DNA from: a virus
Lineage: Duplodnaviria > Heunggongvirae > Uroviricota > Caudoviricetes
DNA: 15,910 nucleotides
IMG/VR virus record: IMGVR_UViG_3300006056_000031
Location: 1-15,910 of that record
Reading direction: 5' to 3' (one strand)
Below the pieces are notes generated by a model, which had not been told where the DNA came from, did not search any database, and saw nothing but the letters and a program-made list of their open reading frames with translations. Every line of letters starts with the position of its first letter. Within the stretch, counting starts at the first letter, position 1. Both the position numbers and the translations under genes were made by a program. This document shows positions 14,871 through 15,910 of the stretch, piece after piece.

Positions 14871-14878
14871 GATATATA
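14871..14878 (+). promoter_or_regulatory. GATATATA motif, candidate late promoter
   Basis: 4 nt upstream of ATG 14883, preceded by TATAAAT. Confidence 0.4.
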
Positions 14879-14882
14879 GTGG

Positions 14883-15611
14883 ATGCTTAAACATATAAGG
14901 GAATATGAGGAATACAATTCCACTGACGAAACATTAAATGAGGGTCTTGGTGACCTTTGGGATAAATTCAAAAAGGCAGTTGGCGAATTCTTTACCAGAA
15001 AGAAGACAACAGAGATAAAGCCTAAGGCTAAGAATCTAGATCCCAATCTGATAACTGGTGAACATATGATTTATCTAACACATCAGCAGGGACCAACAGG
15101 TCTTGCTAATCTAATGGATATACTTAGAGGTGATATTAAAATGCAGCCGGAATCAAGGGACAAGCTTCTCAATAATATGCCACAGTCTGATCCTAGATAC
15201 GTTCAAGTACAAAATGGAAAAAGCAAACAGGCAGTTAAAGCATTTTTGGAATATCAGAAATCGACATGGGAGCAGTATAAAAAAGATGCGCTAACAAAAA
15301 TAAATGATCCACAAAATATCAAGGTTAAACAGGCAATAGAGAAGGCTAAGGTTAAGGTACCTGAATTTTCTAAGGACTTCATAACAACTGTTGCATATAA
15401 GGAATCTAGATTTAACCCAGATCCCAAGACAAATAAGGCATATAGAGGTTTATTTCAAATAGGCGACAGTGCCTGGAGTGAGCTTAAGAGAATTTATCCT
15501 ATAAAATATAAAGGAGCTAAAGCCCCTTTGTCCCCAATTAAGAACACCGAAGCCGGATGTGATTACTTAAAATTAGTTTATGATAGATTTGAGAATTTGA
15601 TTAAGCACTAA
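14883..15611 (+). CDS. Lytic transglycosylase (SLT/lysozyme-like fold)
   Basis: VAYKESRFNP (catalytic Glu174), AYRGLFQI, NTEAGCDYL. Confidence 0.85.
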   Translation: MLKHIREYEEYNSTDETLNEGLGDLWDKFKKAVGEFFTRKKTTEIKPKAKNLDPNLITGEHMIYLTHQQGPTGLANLMDILRGDIKMQPESRDKLLNNMPQSDPRYVQVQNGKSKQAVKAFLEYQKSTWEQYKKDALTKINDPQNIKVKQAIEKAKVKVPEFSKDFITTVAYKESRFNPDPKTNKAYRGLFQIGDSAWSELKRIYPIKYKGAKAPLSPIKNTEAGCDYLKLVYDRFENLIKH

Positions 15612-15910
15612 GCTATAAATCTTTCTCCTGATATTTCTGATAGATCTATCTCTTTCCCGTCTATTTTTATGGAAAGTATATTGATTTTCGATCCTTTTAC
15701 TAATCTTATTTCTTTTTCCTCGAAGGATACTGGCTCAACGTTGAGCCTTATGGTTGGATACCAATCAACCGAGGTTTCGTCTACTTCAGCTTCCATTATA
15801 GTCGTGAAAGGTAAATCTGTATTGTAACCCCAATGTGGCTCTGCACCTTCTGAATCCCACGACCAGTATATTCCAAGATGTTTTACTTGTGAAGATAATC
15901 TGGATTCCCA
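15608..15910 (-). CDS. C-terminal part of a hypothetical protein, open to the window edge
   Basis: Frame has no stop from 15910 to 15608: WESRLSSQVKHLGIYWSWDSEGAEPHWG...EEKEIRL... Confidence 0.75.
   Translation of the reverse strand, partial: WESRLSSQVKHLGIYWSWDSEGAEPHWGYNTDLPFTTIMEAEVDETSVDWYPTIRLNVEPVSFEEKEIRLVKGSKINILSIKIDGKEIDLSEISGERFIA

Noticed and set aside
8463-15046. Short overlapping ORFs 8463-8684, 8850-9074, 9061-9261, 9165-9416, 9957-10172, 10512-10826, 11642-11896, 12128-12334, 12238-12477, 14825-15046
   Set aside because: They overlap better-supported plus-strand genes and show no motifs or initiation context.

Overview
AT-rich, gene-dense ~16 kb segment that reads as part of a large lytic dsDNA phage, probably of a Bacteroidota host. 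This assignment is an inference from a Dda-like helicase, T4 Rnl1-like RNA ligase, homing endonucleases, a Bacteroidota-like ClpP and a TAnnTTTG promoter box. Two things stand out. (1) Bases 1-2583 hold an integron-like but non-canonical cassette array. Four hairpin sites (RYYYAAC...GTT, three of them exactly 132 bp) separate small ORFs, and each ORF block is bracketed by its own 14-16 bp inverted repeat. A fifth site with no hairpin sits directly in front of a co-oriented tyrosine recombinase that lacks the IntI-specific insertion and is translationally coupled to the helicase. One cassette ORF starts inside the hairpin, which suggests hairpins travel with the downstream ORF. (2) An AAA_33/N4BP2-like P-loop kinase gene is split within its Walker A motif by a 964-bp insert. 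The insert carries a TnsA-like/NUMOD3 endonuclease, a 7-bp direct repeat (ACCAGGA) and a strong 3' hairpin, with no visible intron core. Also present: an RNA-repair-like gene set, putative head-packaged proteins, a free-standing GIY-YIG endonuclease, ClpP and an apparently circularly permuted lytic transglycosylase. All calls come from reading motifs by eye; no searches were run.
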